64,000 nt of DNA from Prevotellaceae bacterium (GCA_031279695.1 JAITIA010000140.1:12935-76934), one strand, 5' to 3'; numbered from the stretch's first letter, positions 50,079 to 59,846 are shown. Notes: generated from the letters alone by a model not told the origin. Translations and numbers: made by a program.

Positions 50079-50160
50079 AACCGCTCTCAAATAAAATCAT
50101 GATATAAAACTGTATGACAGACAAAAAAGTTTTCCGTTTTGGCGGTTTACACTTTTTATG

Positions 50161-50168
50161 TACATTTG
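50161..50168 (+). promoter_or_regulatory. -7 box TACATTTG upstream of the Gfo/Idh/MocA oxidoreductase gene
   Basis: Sequence atgtacatttgcggcg, 40 nt upstream of the ATG. Confidence 0.4.
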
Positions 50169-50207
50169 CGGCGAATTTTATTAATACAATATTAAATATA
50201 AAACGTA

Positions 50208-51452
50208 ATGAAAAAAGATAAAGTAGTATTGGCGCTGATTGGCGCAGGCGGCAGAGGTTCGGGCGTTATTCGCAGCTTGAAACAGTGCGACAAAAATGTA
50301 GAAGTCAAGTATGTATGCGAAGTGGACGAGCAGCGTGGCGGCGGCGTCATTCAGGAACTTGGCAAATTGCAGGGACATGAGCCGAAACGGGTCGCCGACA
50401 TGCGTAAAGTGTTCGACGACAAGGATGTGGATGCTGTGGTTATCACCACCCCCGAACACTGGCACGCGCTGGCAACCGTCCGTGCATGTGAGGCTGGAAA
50501 AGACGTATATGTTGAAAAAAATGTCTGTCTCACCCTCGACGAAGGTCGGCGAATGATTGAAGCCGCCGCACAAAACAAACGGATAGTGCAGTGCGGAACA
50601 CAAAACCGCAGCGGCGACTATGCCTTTGCCGCACGCGACTATATTGCCGCCGGCGAACTCGGAACAATAGTTACCGTAAAGGCATACTGCATGTTACCCG
50701 GTACGCGCGAATGGATTCTGAAACCCGACAGCCCCGCTCCCGAAGGTCTCAACTGGGACATGTGGCTCGGACCGGCGGACGCCGTCCCCTACAACGTCTC
50801 GCGCCATAAAGCATGGTACGACTGGTGGGCGTACTCCGGCGGCTCTTCAATGTCGGGCGATGCTTCGCACGTTATCGACCTTGCACGCATGGCTTTAGGC
50901 GATCCGCCAATGCCGCAGGCTATATACTCCGCCGGAGGCAGAGTGATTTTTAACGATAAACGCGAAATCCCCGATAATCAGACAGTAGTGTTCGATATGG
51001 ACAAATACGTAATCAGCCTCGAATCGTCGCAATTCGGTAACTACATGTACAAAACGCCGCAGGAAGTGCGCTTTAGCGACAAATTCCCCGAATGGCGCAA
51101 CAACGCCACACGTATCGAAATATATGGAACAAAAGGAATTATGTTTCTCGGTCGTCATGGCGGCGGCTGGCAGGTGTTTGGCGATAACATGAAACTGCTG
51201 GCTGAAAAAACCGGCTATTTCCCCGACGAAAAACATCACCGTAATTTTATCGACTGTATCCGCAGCCGCAAAGCGCCCAACGCAACAATCGAACAGGGCG
51301 TGCTGAGCGCATCGATGATAAATCTTGCAAACCTCTCATACCGTACAGGTAAGAAATTAGTACGCATCGACCGCGAAAACGGCGCAATTGTCGATAACGA
51401 CGAAGCTGCCAGCCTCGATAAAAGAATATACCGACAAAATTATAACTTTTGA
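50208..51452 (+). CDS. Gfo/Idh/MocA-family NAD(P)-dependent oxidoreductase
   Basis: N-terminal Rossmann motif LIGAGGRGSG and EKNVCLT consensus. 414 aa. Confidence 0.85.
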   Translation: MKKDKVVLALIGAGGRGSGVIRSLKQCDKNVEVKYVCEVDEQRGGGVIQELGKLQGHEPKRVADMRKVFDDKDVDAVVITTPEHWHALATVRACEAGKDVYVEKNVCLTLDEGRRMIEAAAQNKRIVQCGTQNRSGDYAFAARDYIAAGELGTIVTVKAYCMLPGTREWILKPDSPAPEGLNWDMWLGPADAVPYNVSRHKAWYDWWAYSGGSSMSGDASHVIDLARMALGDPPMPQAIYSAGGRVIFNDKREIPDNQTVVFDMDKYVISLESSQFGNYMYKTPQEVRFSDKFPEWRNNATRIEIYGTKGIMFLGRHGGGWQVFGDNMKLLAEKTGYFPDEKHHRNFIDCIRSRKAPNATIEQGVLSASMINLANLSYRTGKKLVRIDRENGAIVDNDEAASLDKRIYRQNYNF

Positions 51453-51487
51453 TAAAATATTTGGAAACTTCTAATAATTGATATTAA

Positions 51488-51830
51488 TGCCCTGCGGGTG
51501 GGGTGTCAAAAATATGAATAGGGACAAAAATATCTTCTTCCCTTTTATTGATGACAAAACCCTTATTTTTGAAAGATCCCTTAGTAGCCAAATTACACGC
51601 AACAAACAACCCTTATTCCCTTATTAAATCGATTATAATAAGGGAATAAGGGAGGAGAAATCCTTGTCCGATACTACTAAGGGAGCCTTGGGAAATAAGG
51701 GTTTTTATCCCGATTAAAACCGGAAAGAATCTTTTAAACCTCGACCCCATATTTTTTACACCCCACCCTGCGGGCAACAAGATTCGACAAGTTTGATTGC
51801 CCGGATTGCCCGCAGGCATCAATATCAATA
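51488..51830. repeat. Highly palindromic structured element, MITE-like, with terminal GC-rich inverted repeats (gccctgcgggtggggtgt / acaccccaccctgcgggc) and internal nested inverted repeats
   Basis: The ends carry tggggtgt and acacccca as inverted partners next to direct ccctgcggg. Internal pairs: cccttattcccttatt with aataagggaataaggg, and cccttagtag with ctactaaggg. A further gcccgcagg copy lies near 51810. No ORF. Confidence 0.55.
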
Positions 51831-51853
51831 GAAATCATCAGTCCAACGCGACC

Positions 51854-51890
51854 GAAACCCCGTCAGGGGTTTCACAACAAAGTTTTTTTG
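51854..51890 (+). terminator. Hairpin gaaacccc-gtca-ggggtttc followed by a T-run; possible terminator
   Basis: Perfect 8-bp GC-rich stem with a T7 run 10 nt downstream. Confidence 0.4.
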
Positions 51891-52013
51891 TCATACAGGC
51901 AAGGCGCGCCTGCATCCGAACAAGTAGAATATCAAAGTGCAAATCAATAGCACCTCAATCTTTTTTTGTGCCATGAAAAAAGTTTGAGGCACATTGACAA
52001 AACCCTGCCTTGA

Positions 52014-52175
52014 GGCAAAAAATCCTGCCCTTACCGTCCAAAAATCTCAGTTCAATCCGAAAATCGAAGCAAAAAATTCGCCTGATCTGCAAAAAAAATG
52101 CATCTGAAATACCATTGATTTTCAGCGAAATCAAAAAAAATATTTTTTTGTTCAAAAAAAGTTTTGTACTTTTGC
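52014..52175 (+). repeat. Copy A of a three-copy intergenic repeat family (about 165 bp core) carrying a TTTG / TACTTTTG promoter at its 3' end
   Basis: About 90% identical to 55792..55955 and 56785..56945. Shared core ccttaccgtccaaaaatc..atcgaagcaaaaaattcgc.tgatctgcaaaaaaatgcatctgaaatac.attgattttcagcgaaatcaaaaaaaatatttttttgttcaaaaaaagttttgtacttttg. Confidence 0.85.
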
Positions 52176-52235
52176 GGCGCGTTTCAGTGAGATATTGACG
52201 CGCCGCTAAATTGAAAGTATTTTATAAAGAAATTT

Positions 52236-52448
<213 letters not shown>

Positions 52449-52473
52449 GAATTTTACATGAATTTATAATAAA

Positions 52474-52512
52474 CCCCACCGCAAAGTTTTGCATTGCGGC
52501 GGGGCTTTTTTT
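52474..52512 (+). terminator. Rho-independent terminator (ccccaccgcaa-agttttgca-ttgcggcgggg + T7)
   Basis: GC-rich 11-bp stem with one mismatch, followed by ttttttt. Confidence 0.7.
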
Positions 52513-52641
52513 ATTCGCAATTTCAGTATGTGGATTGCGGCGGATTTTGCCTGTTAATTATACAAAAACAGCAATTTATATTTATTTGCGGAGATTAATC
52601 TGCTCTATAATCGAAGAAAAAAAATTTTAAAAAATAGTATT

Positions 52642-53796
52642 ATGGGACTGTTAAACAGAAATTGGGACGGGAAAAATGCCGGCTCTCCGGATAACGGAAT
52701 TTTCGGATCGACCATATCGCGCGATCACGAGTCTGACGACGAAATGGTCTGGAAATATTCGTTCAGCAATGTAAAAAAGGGCGCAAAAATATTTGTCAAA
52801 CCCACACAACGCGCTATTTTACTGATTAATAATGAATATGTTTCGACAATCGAAGGCGGACAAACTTTTGATTTGTACGATTCGTCGAACATTCCGCTGC
52901 TTGGCGGGGTACTGAATTTTGCCACCGGTGGCGAAACGCCATACCCTGTGGATATTTGGTTTGTAAACGTCGAAACTCACCGCAACATGCTGTGGGCTAC
53001 CGGTAAAATGCATGTGCGGGATTGGGAAACCAATATTCCTGCAGAACTGTACTGCAACGGTTCGTGCGTTATCAAAATCAAAGATGTGGAACTCTTTTAC
53101 AAGACGTATATTGGCACTAAACATGGATTTTCGGTAACGGAACTGTATGATAATATGCGCAATATTATTAAAGAAGAGGTTATTGTGCATATTCTTGGGG
53201 CAATAGAAAAAGACCATATTCCGCTGTATGATTTTCAGGGCAATATGAGAAAATTCTCAACCGAGATAGAAGTCCTGCTTCAGTCCGAAGCATTCGACGA
53301 AAGAGGTATTGAACTGATTAAATTCGCAATAGGCGAAGTCGATTTTTCCGAAGAATTTAAAGAGGCAATCAAGGAATTGCGAACAAAGGAGAAATTTTAC
53401 AGTTCGGAAGCATATTTGCGCAAAGAGCAGTTTGAAATCATGAAACAGGCTGCCGCCAATCCGGGCGCAGGCGTCATGATGGGCGTGGGAATGGGCGCAG
53501 GAATGGGCGCGGGAATGGGACAATCAATGGGCAGCATGATGCAAAACGCAATGGGGTCGGTAAATCAGCAGAATGTGCCGCCGCCGCCGTTGCCTGCTCA
53601 GATATATGCCGTAATCAACGGAATACAGTCGGGACCGCTGAGTTTGGACGCCTTGCAGTCTAATATTCAGCAGGGATTAATCAACAAAGATACACTGGTT
53701 TGGAAACAGGGAATGACGGCATGGGTGGCGGCGGCTTCGCTGCCCGAACTGTCGGCTTTGCTTGGCGCTGTGCCACCGCCTCTTCCTCCGGTTTAA
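52642..53796 (+). CDS. SPFH/Band-7-like (Band_7_1, YdjI-like) protein with Gly/Met-rich linker and C-terminal DUF4339 (GYF-like) domain
   Basis: N-terminal region is collinear with B. subtilis YdjI (IFVKPTQRAILLINNEYVSTIEGGQTF vs IRPGQDAVFLNNGRVEGVF). It has a GVGMGAGMGAGMGQSMGSMMQNAMG linker. The C-terminus IYAVINGIQSGPLSLDALQ...LVWKQGMTAWVAAASLPEL is typical of DUF4339. Confidence 0.7.
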   Translation: MGLLNRNWDGKNAGSPDNGIFGSTISRDHESDDEMVWKYSFSNVKKGAKIFVKPTQRAILLINNEYVSTIEGGQTFDLYDSSNIPLLGGVLNFATGGETPYPVDIWFVNVETHRNMLWATGKMHVRDWETNIPAELYCNGSCVIKIKDVELFYKTYIGTKHGFSVTELYDNMRNIIKEEVIVHILGAIEKDHIPLYDFQGNMRKFSTEIEVLLQSEAFDERGIELIKFAIGEVDFSEEFKEAIKELRTKEKFYSSEAYLRKEQFEIMKQAAANPGAGVMMGVGMGAGMGAGMGQSMGSMMQNAMGSVNQQNVPPPPLPAQIYAVINGIQSGPLSLDALQSNIQQGLINKDTLVWKQGMTAWVAAASLPELSALLGAVPPPLPPV

Positions 53797-53831
53797 ACAA
53801 GTAAATATAAAATAATTAAATATTTATAAAC

Positions 53832-54566
53832 ATGAGATCTTTTAAAATTTTAAACTGTTTGATATTGGCGGTTACATTATCCGCCATTGCGGGGCTGTTC
53901 TTTTTGTTTGGTCCTGCCGAAAAAACTCTACCGTTTTATTTCAATCTGGGCTTTGCCTGTCTGATTGATGTCCTGTTTTTTTGCTCACTTTTTATTGTGT
54001 CGGGCAAGAAACATTACACGGTACAGGGTATTGCGCTTGCAAAACAGATAATGACTTACGGTCTGCTGTCCACAGTGTTAATACTGGGCTACAGTCTGAC
54101 GTCGTATTTTTACCCGATACCGTTTCCGTGGTATCTGGGTGCGGTTATTCTGCTGACTGTCATTTATTTCATCATTATTATCGTAACTTTTCAGGGAGGG
54201 CAGGTACAGCGTGAAACTGCGGAGCGTCTCAAACAAACAGGAGAGGCGAGCCGGAAATACACAAAGCAAATCCCTGATATACACGAATATTTTGTTGAAA
54301 CGATGAGCAAAAAAAATGCAGATCCGGCATACAGGGAAAGCGTGAAAAAGTCATTGAAAATATTGCACGAAACAGCCACTTTTGTTCCAACAAAACTCTA
54401 TGTCGAAAAGCCGGAATTAGCTCAAAATGTTTCTCGGCATTTTGAAGAACTTATGGCTGAAACAGGCAAAATTGTTCATTTGGAAGGCGATGCTCTGATC
54501 AAACAATTGGAAAATATCCATGCCACAGCAAAGCGTGTTACGAAATATATACAAAATAACAAATAA
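53832..54566 (+). CDS. Hypothetical 4-TM membrane protein with cytoplasmic helical C-terminal domain (YdjH-like position)
   Basis: Hydrophobic segments in the N-terminal 130 aa and a charged helical tail. Operon-like spacing with its neighbours. Confidence 0.6.
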   Translation: MRSFKILNCLILAVTLSAIAGLFFLFGPAEKTLPFYFNLGFACLIDVLFFCSLFIVSGKKHYTVQGIALAKQIMTYGLLSTVLILGYSLTSYFYPIPFPWYLGAVILLTVIYFIIIIVTFQGGQVQRETAERLKQTGEASRKYTKQIPDIHEYFVETMSKKNADPAYRESVKKSLKILHETATFVPTKLYVEKPELAQNVSRHFEELMAETGKIVHLEGDALIKQLENIHATAKRVTKYIQNNK

Positions 54567-54610
54567 ATTATTATTATTATTATTTACAAACAAATAAAAT
54601 TATTATTTTT

Positions 54611-55696
54611 ATGGACAGTAATGTGTTAAAATTAATTCAGTTGAAGTGTGCAAACTGCAATTCTACCTTATCAAGAGCAGACAAGTTTGAAACACAAATT
54701 AAATGTCCGTACTGCGGTACGGTGAATGAAGTTACGGGAACTATGCATCAGGATGTTGCTGCACCCGAGCGGATTATCCTCTTCAAAACTCAGGAAAATG
54801 ATTTTGATACTGGAATCTGCAACTTCTTTGTTGATCAAGATTATGCGGTGAACGATATTTTCGAGAAAGTACAACTCGAAAATGTTACGCCAATTTATCT
54901 TCCGATGTATCTGTACGAGGGTCGATACGATGCAACCTATTCGTGTTCAGTCGGTCAGAAGGAAACACAACTAAGAGTAGGCTCGGACTTCTCGGGCAAC
55001 AAAACCGTCAAAGAAAAGACGGTTACCAAATGGACGCCGTATAATGGCACGGCAAGAGACAATTATGCCTTTCTCAGTCTGGCTTTTGAAGGCAAAGAAA
55101 TTACCCCCGAACTGGCTGAATGGACAAGATCGTTCCCTTACGAGCCTGTGTATGGACAAAAGTTCGACATCAACCTGCTGTCGGGCAAAGGTTTCCAAAT
55201 TCTCCCTCACAATTTGGACAGGGAAGCAACCTGGCATAAATGGGGCGTCTCAACTCTTGAATATCTGTCGGAACAACTTGCTTATTCGCAAATTCCGGGA
55301 GGTCAGCAAATAAGAGATTTCCGGTCGAACTGCAGTTACGACCCGAAACACGATGGACGACTGTTTTTAGTACCATTCTGGTTTGTTTACTATTACTATG
55401 ACAACAAACAGTTTTTTGTGCTGATGGATGGCTTGGGCAAAAATATACACGGATCGACGCCAATAGACGAAAAACGTGTAAAGGATGTCCGAAATCTGGA
55501 AAAACTTGGAAAATGGGGCTTGTGGATAGCTATCATTTTGGGTATCGTGTTGATGTCGGTGCACTTCCTGACCGCGCTTATTGCGTTTGTTGTGATATGG
55601 CTGGGCTTGAAATTTTTCACAAGATGGAAAGTTGGAAGTATCATTAAAACAGCAAGAAACATCAGAACGGAAGCATATAACAAGCTTTCGCATTAA
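54611..55696 (+). CDS. Zinc-ribbon protein (CxxC..CxxC) with C-terminal TM anchor (YdjG-like)
   Basis: N-terminal LKCANCNSTL...IKCPYCGTVNEV zinc ribbon. C-terminal TM helix WGLWIAIILGIVLMSVHFLTALIAFVVIWLGL. Confidence 0.6.
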   Translation: MDSNVLKLIQLKCANCNSTLSRADKFETQIKCPYCGTVNEVTGTMHQDVAAPERIILFKTQENDFDTGICNFFVDQDYAVNDIFEKVQLENVTPIYLPMYLYEGRYDATYSCSVGQKETQLRVGSDFSGNKTVKEKTVTKWTPYNGTARDNYAFLSLAFEGKEITPELAEWTRSFPYEPVYGQKFDINLLSGKGFQILPHNLDREATWHKWGVSTLEYLSEQLAYSQIPGGQQIRDFRSNCSYDPKHDGRLFLVPFWFVYYYYDNKQFFVLMDGLGKNIHGSTPIDEKRVKDVRNLEKLGKWGLWIAIILGIVLMSVHFLTALIAFVVIWLGLKFFTRWKVGSIIKTARNIRTEAYNKLSH

Positions 55697-55791
55697 ACAG
55701 AATGGCTACGGCACAGGGATTTTTTCCATGATTAGATTTGTCCCTGTGCCACACGCCATTTAACCTGTTTTGCTGGATTTTTTGTTTTCAA

Positions 55792-56017
55792 TGGCAAAAA
55801 ATCCTGCCCTTTACCGTCCAAAAATCTCAGTTCAATCCGAAAATCGAAGCAAAAAATTCGCATGATCTGCAAAAAAATGCATCTGAAATACTATTGATTT
55901 TCAGCGAAATTAAAAAAAATATTTTTTTGTTCAAAAAATTTTTGTACCTTTGTGCTTGTGATTTATCTGAGATATAACAGATAATTAATTGAATAATAAG
56001 ATTTAAACGTAAATAAA
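55792..56017 (+). repeat. Copy B of the intergenic repeat family, with promoter TTTG...TACCTTTG (55944-55951) and a 65-bp extension shared with copy C
   Basis: Aligns with copies A and C. The extension tgatttatctgagatataacagataattaattgaataataagatttaaacgtaaataaatgg is identical in B and C. Confidence 0.85.
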
Positions 56018-56059
56018 TGGTTAGTATAATAAAAATAAAAATAAAAAATATAATACAAG

Positions 56060-56293
56060 ATGAAAACATTGACAGTTACCGATATGGAGGCGCATTTCTC
56101 TGATATAATTGGGGAAGTGATAAATGGAGAACAATTCCAAATTAGTTTTGATGCATCAAAAGAGCCGGTTGCAATGATTGTTCCCGTGCAAAAACAAAAA
56201 AAATCAAGAAAAATAGGTGTTTTGGACGGAAAAGCATTATTTAAAATAAACGGGGAGAGTAAAATTTCTGAAAAAGAATTTTTGGGAATATGA
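56060..56293 (+). CDS. Type II antitoxin (Phd/YefM-like)
   Basis: 77 aa. A 4-nt overlap (ATGA) with the downstream PIN-toxin gene gives classic TA organisation. Confidence 0.7.
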   Translation: MKTLTVTDMEAHFSDIIGEVINGEQFQISFDASKEPVAMIVPVQKQKKSRKIGVLDGKALFKINGESKISEKEFLGI

Positions 56294-56691
56294 ATTATTT
56301 ATTGGATACTCATGCATTCATTTGGGCGGCATTAGAAACCAACAAATTAAGCAAAAATGCTCAAAATATTATTCTAAACGGCAGCAATGATATTTTTGTA
56401 AGTACTGTTTCTTTTTGGGAAATATCACTAAAAACAAGAATTAATAAATTTCTATTTGAAAATATAAACATAATGGATTTTGCTCAATATGCAAAAGATA
56501 TGGATTTTGCAATATTGGATATGAAAGAATATGAAGCAATAACATTTCATAAATTACCATTAAAAGATAATCATAAAGATCCCTTTGATAGAATGTTAAT
56601 ATGGCAGGCAATAACCCAAAATATGACAATGATAAGTAAAGATAAATTATTTAAACAATATAAAGAAAATGGTCTAAAAATAATTTGGTAA
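56290..56691 (+). CDS. PIN-domain ribonuclease toxin (VapC-like)
   Basis: MNYLLDTHAFIWA start with conserved acidic residues (D6, E, D) of the PIN fold. Confidence 0.8.
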   Translation: MNYLLDTHAFIWAALETNKLSKNAQNIILNGSNDIFVSTVSFWEISLKTRINKFLFENINIMDFAQYAKDMDFAILDMKEYEAITFHKLPLKDNHKDPFDRMLIWQAITQNMTMISKDKLFKQYKENGLKIIW

Positions 56692-56784
56692 ATTTATGCT
56701 ACGCCCGCTGTTCGGACAAGGTTATACTTTGTTTGCACTATCCACTCAGGCACAGCCTCGTCCGAACAGCAGTTTTCGGGCAGT

Positions 56785-57014
56785 CGCAAAAAACCTTCCC
56801 CCCTTACCGTCCAAAAATCTAATTTCAGAACCAAATCGAAGCAAAAAATTCGCATGATCTGCAAAAAAATGCATCTGAAATACTATTGATTTTCAGCGAA
56901 ATCAAAAAAAATATTTTTTTGTTCAGAAAAAGTTTTGTACTTTTGTACTTGTAATTTATCTGAGATATAACAGATAATTAATTGAATAATAAGATTTAAA
57001 CGTAAATAAATGAG
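56785..57014 (+). repeat. Copy C of the intergenic repeat family, with promoter TTTG...TACTTTTG (56938-56945)
   Basis: Aligns with copies A and B across the whole core and the B-type extension. Confidence 0.85.
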
Positions 57015-57163
57015 GTAAAAGCAATCATTAATTGCAGGTAAAACGCAGATGCCGGAAGTTTTGCACAGAAGTTTAACAATACAGTAAGAAATATAAAAAT
57101 CTGAAAAAGCAGCTGACAAATGCGAAACATTCGTGTATTAAATAAATTAAAAATATTGATTAT

Positions 57164-57451
57164 ATGAAATTTATATCAGTAAAAGATTTTAGAACATCGT
57201 CGGAAAATATTTGGAAAACATTGCCGGATGAACAAGAAATGGTAATAACAAATAATGGCAAACCTATAGCATTATTGACGCCGTTAAGTGACAAAAATTT
57301 TGAAAATGCTCTTGCATCCATAAGACAGGCAAAGGCAATAAATGCAGTAAAATTGTTACAGCAGGAATCCATAAAAAGAGGTATGGGGCAAACTACAATG
57401 GAAGAAATTGATGAAGAAATAAGAAAAATAAGAAAAGAATCAAAAAAATGA
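57164..57451 (+). CDS. Type II antitoxin (Phd/YefM-like)
   Basis: 95 aa, starting MKFISVKDFRTSSENIWKTL. A 4-nt overlap with the downstream PIN gene. Confidence 0.7.
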   Translation: MKFISVKDFRTSSENIWKTLPDEQEMVITNNGKPIALLTPLSDKNFENALASIRQAKAINAVKLLQQESIKRGMGQTTMEEIDEEIRKIRKESKK

Positions 57452-57852
57452 AAATAGTGTTAGATACAAATATTATTGTGTCATCTTTTTTGAATCCGCA
57501 GGGACTTCCGGGTGAAATAGTATCATTGGTGTTAACTAAAAAATTGACAGTTTGTTATGATAATAAAATATTCTTTGAATATACGGAAGTTTTAACAAGA
57601 TCAAGATTTAATTTCAATGGTGAATTGGTAAATGATTTTTTGGAATTTGTTAAAAATAATGGTGAGTATATAGTAGCAGAATCTCAAAAAATAAAGTTTA
57701 TTGATGAAGATGATAAAATATTTTACGATGTATATAAAAGCAGTGACGCTGAATATATTATTACCGGCAATACAAGACATTTTCCTCAAGAAAAGAATAT
57801 AATAACACCAAAAGAATTTATAGAAATATTGCAAGCCGAATTGAAAGATTGA
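57448..57852 (+). CDS. PIN-domain toxin (PF13470-like)
   Basis: MKIVLDTNIIVSSF...ITGNTRHF gives the PIN acidic residue pattern. Confidence 0.75.
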   Translation: MKIVLDTNIIVSSFLNPQGLPGEIVSLVLTKKLTVCYDNKIFFEYTEVLTRSRFNFNGELVNDFLEFVKNNGEYIVAESQKIKFIDEDDKIFYDVYKSSDAEYIITGNTRHFPQEKNIITPKEFIEILQAELKD

Positions 57853-57884
57853 ACTGAGATTTTATTGAAAAAATTGTAAAAACA

Positions 57885-58625
57885 TCAAATCGTCCGTCGT
57901 CGAAATTCGCTGCATATTATTGCAGCGGCAAGGGCAACGTTCAGCGATTCAGCAAGTTTATTGCTGTTGAAAGGAGGAATATACAGTCGTCGAGTAACAA
58001 ACTTGCCTGTTCCGGGCGAGATGCCTTTGCCTTCGTTTCCAAGCAAAATTATTCCATTGTGCGTCAAATCAGCGCCATAGACCGGTTCGCCGTTCAGAAA
58101 CGCACCGTAAACGGGAATTTGTTCGTTCAGCGAGCCGAGCAAATCGGGCAAATGGCTGTAAGTAACACTCACTCTGGCAAGTGAGCCCATTGTTGCCTGC
58201 ACTGTTTTTGGCGAATATGCATCCGCAGTAAAAGGCGAACACAGTATTTGCCCGACGCCAAACCAGTCTGCCAGCCGTATTATTGTACCCAAATTTCCCG
58301 GATCCTGAATATCATCCAAAGCAATAATTAGTTCATTATGCTGATGTTCGGGATTTTTGCCGGCGGGAATTTCCAGCACGGCAAGCACCGGCGACGCTGT
58401 TTTCAGATTGCTGATTTGCTGCATTTCGGAGTCCGAAATTTCAACTGCGCCCACATCCCGAAACGAAATGCCGGCGTTTTCTGTTTGATATATTGCCTTG
58501 ATTTTAAAGCCCGAACGGATAAATTCGCTTAGCGATTTTTCGCCTTCAACAACAAAGCAACCTTCCCTGTCGCGATATTTTTTTATGGCAAGAGAATTGA
58601 TATATTTTCTTGTCTGTCTGTTCAT
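57885..58625 (-). CDS. TrmH/SpoU-family RNA 2'-O-methyltransferase (RlmB-like); the ORF extends in frame to 58784 but the start is likely MNRQTRKY
   Basis: SPOUT motifs LDDIQDPGNLGTIIRLADWFG and LLGNEGKGIS. N-terminal substrate-binding subdomain. Confidence 0.8.
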   Translation of the reverse strand: MNRQTRKYINSLAIKKYRDREGCFVVEGEKSLSEFIRSGFKIKAIYQTENAGISFRDVGAVEISDSEMQQISNLKTASPVLAVLEIPAGKNPEHQHNELIIALDDIQDPGNLGTIIRLADWFGVGQILCSPFTADAYSPKTVQATMGSLARVSVTYSHLPDLLGSLNEQIPVYGAFLNGEPVYGADLTHNGIILLGNEGKGISPGTGKFVTRRLYIPPFNSNKLAESLNVALAAAIICSEFRRRTI

Positions 58626-58641
58626 TACCGCAATTGCCGAG

Positions 58642-59310
58642 CTACAGTTTCCAATCGATTTCGTCCATTCCCCGACTGCGCAAAATGCTGTTTGTCTGCG
58701 AAAAATGTTTGCAGCCAAAAAACATGTTTGCCGACATTGGCGAAGGATGCGCCGATTCGAGAACAAAGTGTTTACTCGTGTCAATCAGCGCTTTCTTTTG
58801 ACGGGCAAAACTTCCCCAAAGCAAAAAAACGACGCCGCTTTTATGTTCCGAAATTTTTTGGATTACCGCATCGGTAAAGAACGTCCAACCCGCTTTTGCG
58901 TGGGACGCCGGCTCCGACCTGCGCACAGTCAGAATTGCATTGAGCAGAAAGACACCTTGTTCCGCCCATCGTTCGAGGTTGCCGTGCGCGGGCGGTTCGA
59001 TGTCCAAATCGTTTTTGATTTCCTTAAAAATATTAATCAGCGACGGCGGCGTGCGTATGCCTGCGGGGACGGAGAACGAAAGTCCATGCGCCTGTCCCAC
59101 ATTGTGATACGGATCCTGTCCCAGAATTACAACTTTCACTTTGTCGAACGGAGTTTTGTCGAATGCGTTGAATATCAGTTTGCCCGGAGGATAAACCTGT
59201 TTGCCTTCCGCCACTTCTTTTTTTATAAAGGCAACGAGCGAGGCAAAATATTCCTTTTCAAATTCGTCGGAAAGCACAGTTTTCCAGCCCGTTTCGATTT
59301 TTACATCCAT
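58642..59310 (-). CDS. ung: Uracil-DNA glycosylase
   Basis: VVILGQDPYH water-activating motif and HPSPMSAN catalytic His motif. Confidence 0.93.
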   Translation of the reverse strand: MDVKIETGWKTVLSDEFEKEYFASLVAFIKKEVAEGKQVYPPGKLIFNAFDKTPFDKVKVVILGQDPYHNVGQAHGLSFSVPAGIRTPPSLINIFKEIKNDLDIEPPAHGNLERWAEQGVFLLNAILTVRRSEPASHAKAGWTFFTDAVIQKISEHKSGVVFLLWGSFARQKKALIDTSKHFVLESAHPSPMSANMFFGCKHFSQTNSILRSRGMDEIDWKL

Positions 59311-59321
59311 AACTTTCCGAT

Positions 59322-59846
59322 TTACAGAAAATATACCAACGACAGGCTGAACTTGCTGTTTTTCAGTTTCAGAAGGTCAGATTTGCTGACATTCTTCAAT
59401 CCCAGCGAATAGCGCGCTTCGACCTGCAATTTCCACACTTCGACGCCTGCGCCAATACCGATACCCCAATCGACGGGAGTTATCATGTTTTTTTCTTTGA
59501 TATTCACCGCATATCCGAAATATGGACCGGCAAGTATCACCGGTTTAATCAGCGGCAGCGGCAAGGGTTGCCAGCGAATATTGACGGGAATGTTGATATA
59601 GTCCGACAATTTTTCGCCGCTGTTGATTGTGTACAGTATTTCAGGCTGAATGCCAAGCCCTAACAGTGGAATTTTGAGTTGAGGTGCAATACCGAACTGA
59701 AATCCGTTGCAGGATTTTTTCAGCGTATCGACCTTTGTCGAAAGAGTGCTGAAATTTGCGCCGGCTTTGATGCCGAAACGAAACTGTGCCTGTGCATATC
59801 CAATCGTCAGGCTGAACAAAATAAAACTGAATAATAATTTTTTCAT
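59322..59846 (-). CDS. Small outer-membrane beta-barrel protein (OMP_b-brl_2 / porin-like)
   Basis: Signal peptide, alternating amphipathic beta-strands, C-terminal aromatic residue. Confidence 0.7.
   Translation of the reverse strand: MKKLLFSFILFSLTIGYAQAQFRFGIKAGANFSTLSTKVDTLKKSCNGFQFGIAPQLKIPLLGLGIQPEILYTINSGEKLSDYINIPVNIRWQPLPLPLIKPVILAGPYFGYAVNIKEKNMITPVDWGIGIGAGVEVWKLQVEARYSLGLKNVSKSDLLKLKNSKFSLSLVYFL

Noticed and set aside
52010-52198. 62-aa ORF, plus an analogous ORF at 55738..55977
   Set aside because: They run across the conserved intergenic repeat, including its promoter. The same DNA is present three times with frameshifts between copies, so a conserved nucleotide element is the better explanation.
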